Shown piece by piece: positions 61,709 to 64,000 of a DNA stretch of 64,000 bases. Numbering within the stretch: the stretch's first letter is position 1; each line of letters opens with the position of its first letter. Position numbers and translations under genes: made by a program. The notes beneath the pieces are model-generated. The model was not told where the DNA came from. It was given only the letters and a program-made list of their open reading frames with translations, and did not search any database. The stretch is from positions 19,276 through 83,275 of the forward strand of contig DAOTVY010000015.1 in the NCBI GenBank assembly GCA_034436115.1, in the 5' to 3' direction. The stretch is from Chloroflexia bacterium (GTDB lineage: Bacteria > Chloroflexota > Chloroflexia > DTKN01).

Positions 61709-61737
61709 AGTGTACAGGATGTTTCTCAGGCTGTCAA
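61709..61737 (-). promoter_or_regulatory. Promoter of tRNA-Gln
   Basis: TTGACA-17-TACACT. Confidence 0.8.
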
Positions 61738-61754
61738 ACGGCCGGCCGGACCTC

Positions 61755-62399
61755 CTACAGCTGCACTCGCCTGGGATGGACGCGCATCTTTTCCGCGCGG
61801 AGGATGGTCAGGATGGCATCCACCGTTTCGTCTAAGCAGCCCTGGTAGTTCACCACCACATAGTCGAAGAGCGGGAGCGCATCCATCTCCCGGCGCGCAG
61901 CCTCGAGCCTTCGCTGCAGGGCTTGTTCGGATTCGGTACGCCGCTGGCGCAGCCGGGCGGCCAGGTCCTCCATGCTGGGCGGGGCGAGGAAAATGAGCAG
62001 CGCGTCAGGCGCCAGTTTCCGCACCGTGGCTGCCCCCTGCACGTCGATGCGCAGGATCACGTCCTTCCCCTCGGCCAAGGCCTGGCGCACTTGCTCGCGA
62101 GGGATCCCCTTGTAGTCCCCGTAGACCAGTGCCCACTCCAACAGTTCCCCCTGCTCGATCAGCCGCTGGAACTCGGCCACGGAGACGAAGTAATAGTCCT
62201 TACCGTTCACCTCGGTGGGGCGGGGAGGGCGAGTCGTAGCCGTGACGGTGTAGTGCAGCGGAATGCCGCGCTCCTTCATGCGGGCCATCGTGGCGTCTTT
62301 CCCCACGCCCGAGGGTCCCGAAAGCACGATGAGCAGCGGGGGCGGGTTGCCCAGCCAACGGGCGATCTCCTCGTCCAGGGTGCCCGGGCATTCACTCAT
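61755..62399 (-). CDS. gmk: Guanylate kinase
   Basis: VLSGPSGVGKD, TTRPPRPTEVNGKDYYF, LEWALVYGDYKG, IDVQGA, IFLAPPS, FDYVVVN. Confidence 0.97.
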   Translation of the reverse strand: MSECPGTLDEEIARWLGNPPPLLIVLSGPSGVGKDATMARMKERGIPLHYTVTATTRPPRPTEVNGKDYYFVSVAEFQRLIEQGELLEWALVYGDYKGIPREQVRQALAEGKDVILRIDVQGAATVRKLAPDALLIFLAPPSMEDLAARLRQRRTESEQALQRRLEAARREMDALPLFDYVVVNYQGCLDETVDAILTILRAEKMRVHPRRVQL

Positions 62400-62664
62400 C
62401 CTGACGCCTCCCCGGGAACTCGCCCGAGCGCAGGCGACGGGCGATCGTCTGCGGGTGCAGCGCCGAGGTGATCACGTAGCCGTTATCCATCACAATGGCC
62501 GACTTGACCTTGCGCCCACGGCTGGCATCGACCAGGGTCCCCCGCTCCCGCGCTTCCCGAAGCAACCGGCGCACAGGCAGAGAATCGGGTGCCACGATCG
62601 CCAGCACGCGGCCGGCGGCCACCATGTTCCCGAAGCCGATATGGAACAGTTCCGTAGGTGCCAT
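62392..62664 (-). CDS. DUF370 / RemA family protein
   Basis: LFHIGFGNMV..RVLAIV.PDS.P.RRL, LVDASRGRKVKS, VITSALHPQTI; sits directly before gmk, the usual position. Confidence 0.92.
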   Translation of the reverse strand: MAPTELFHIGFGNMVAAGRVLAIVAPDSLPVRRLLREARERGTLVDASRGRKVKSAIVMDNGYVITSALHPQTIARRLRSGEFPGRRQDE

Positions 62665-62739
62665 AGCGTTCCCCTTTCACGTGTTGTCCGTCTATGTTAT
62701 ACTAACTCGCAGAAGCGATCTCTTACCCAGGAGGAAGGC

Positions 62740-64000
62740 TTGCTTTACGATGCTCTGACGGCCCACGCAGTGGCCGCGGAATTGCGACAGACGATCCTGG
62801 GTGGTCGTGTGCAACACGTCTTGCAAAGCGGGCCGCTCACCATCGGCCTCGAGATCTACGCCCATCGGCAGCGTCACTACTTGGTCGCCTCCGCTCACCC
62901 GGAGCATGCGCGTGTCCACCTTGTGCGCGACAAGCCGACCCGAGATCCCCGGATCCAGAGCCCGTTTCTCCTCCACCTGCGCAAGCGACTCGTCGGGGCG
63001 CGCCTGGAAGAAGTGGCCGCTTGGCCCCTGGAGCGGGTGCTCGAGATGCGCTTTCGCCATCCGGCATCGCCTCCGCAGGAACAGGGCAACCGCTTGCTCG
63101 TCGAGGTGATGGGGCGACAGAGCAACATCCTCCTGGTCGATGCCGAGCAACGGATCGTCGATGCGATCAAGCGGGTCACGCCCCGCATGAGCCCAACGCG
63201 TCCTGTTTTGCCCCGGTTGCCCTACCGGCCGCCGCCTCCGCAGTTGAAGCTGGACCCTCGGAACGTCACCCCAGCCGCGCTTCGAGGCGCTTTGGTGGGC
63301 CTGCAAGGAGATCTCCCGCTGTGGCAGGCGCTGGTAAACCTGTTTCGAGGCGTTTCTCCCTTGCTGGCACGCGAGCTTTCCCACCGTGCCGGCATCGATC
63401 TGGAAGCGCCCCTCTCTGCTCTCAGCCACTTGGAAGAGCTCGCCGCAGTCCTGCGGTCGGCCTGGAGCCTGGTCGAAAGTGGCGAATGGGAACCGTGCCT
63501 GGCCGTGGAACCGGCGGATCCCCAGAAGGGCGACCGCCCCAGGTTGCTGGCCTACGCGCCCTATCGCCTCACCCACCGGAAGGACTGGCAGATCGAAGCG
63601 GTGCCTTCCATCTCCGAAGCGCTGGAGCGCTATTACGCGCTCCAGGAACCGCTGGCCGATCACGAGCCTTCCCGCAGGGCGCTTCTGGAGGCGATCGCAC
63701 GCCGGCGCGAGAAAGTGGAAGGTCGACTGGAAGCGCTGCGTAAGGAGCAGGCGCGGGAGAGCGAGGCCGACCGCCTCTTGAGGATGGGCCAGTTGCTCCT
63801 TGCCTACCCGCAATGTGTCATCCCCGGCCAGGAGACGGTGCAGATCGAGGGACAGGAGATTCGGTTGGACCCGCATCTCACGCCGGTGCAGAACGCCCAG
63901 GCCTATTTCCGCGCCTACCGTAAGGCGCGCCAGGCCGGTGAAAAAACCGTTACCCTGGTGCAAAGCGCCGTGCTCGAACTCGACTGGCTGGCCCAAATGG
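62740..64000 (+). CDS. NFACT family protein (Rqc2/RqcH/FbpA-like), 3' end runs off the window
   Basis: Manual translation from TTG 62740 behind GGAGG: MLYDALTAHAVAAEL..ILGGRV, ASAHPEHARVHL, FLLHLRK, ERVLEMRF, LLVEVMGRQSNILLVD, LDPHLTPVQNAQAYFRAYRKA. Confidence 0.93.
   Translation, partial: MLYDALTAHAVAAELRQTILGGRVQHVLQSGPLTIGLEIYAHRQRHYLVASAHPEHARVHLVRDKPTRDPRIQSPFLLHLRKRLVGARLEEVAAWPLERVLEMRFRHPASPPQEQGNRLLVEVMGRQSNILLVDAEQRIVDAIKRVTPRMSPTRPVLPRLPYRPPPPQLKLDPRNVTPAALRGALVGLQGDLPLWQALVNLFRGVSPLLARELSHRAGIDLEAPLSALSHLEELAAVLRSAWSLVESGEWEPCLAVEPADPQKGDRPRLLAYAPYRLTHRKDWQIEAVPSISEALERYYALQEPLADHEPSRRALLEAIARRREKVEGRLEALRKEQARESEADRLLRMGQLLLAYPQCVIPGQETVQIEGQEIRLDPHLTPVQNAQAYFRAYRKARQAGEKTVTLVQSAVLELDWLAQM

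Noticed and set aside
18-63996. Long antisense or alternate-frame ORFs in the track (e.g. 18-1094+, 8638-10236+, 15069-16631+, 30665-32983+, 48640-50202+, 55057-57207-, 62692-63996-)
   Set aside because: They overlap well-supported genes, lack recognisable motifs and are expected shadow ORFs in high-GC DNA.
1-64000. CRISPR array, transposase, prophage, rRNA
   Set aside because: No regularly spaced repeat-spacer array, no DDE or tyrosine/serine recombinase motifs, no phage structural genes and no rRNA-like sequence were seen; the regions beside all three tRNAs carry ordinary chromosomal genes.

Overview
64 kb of high-GC bacterial chromosome, most consistent with a Chloroflexota (Anaerolineae-like) genome; the taxonomy is inferred from gene style, not from a search. 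It holds about 55 CDS, three tRNAs (Arg-CCT, Asp-GTC, Gln-TTG) and many near-consensus sigma70 promoters. I saw no rRNA, CRISPR array, integrase or transposase. Housekeeping genes include pnp-rpsO, mutL, glmS, coaE, rarA, uvrB, pcm, ltaE, gmk, a DUF370 gene and a partial NFACT gene. Most notable: (1) a chlI/chlD-type chelatase gene split by an A9 / A-AAA-AAG slippery site whose -1 frame restores a full-length 676-aa ChlD, with no chlH/cobN nearby; (2) a 10.5-kb co-oriented cluster encoding a tungsten-type AOR, a hydroxyacid-oxoacid transhydrogenase, a DUF1097 protein, a lactonase, an anchorless SdhA/SdhB whose B subunit has lost the [3Fe-4S] ligands, a citryl-CoA-synthetase-like ligase pair, a ferredoxin and CitE; (3) a promoter-driven structured RNA candidate upstream of rarA; (4) a secreted protein separated by one in-frame TGA from a TM+RRRR tail. 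All homology calls come from recognising motifs by eye; no database search was run.
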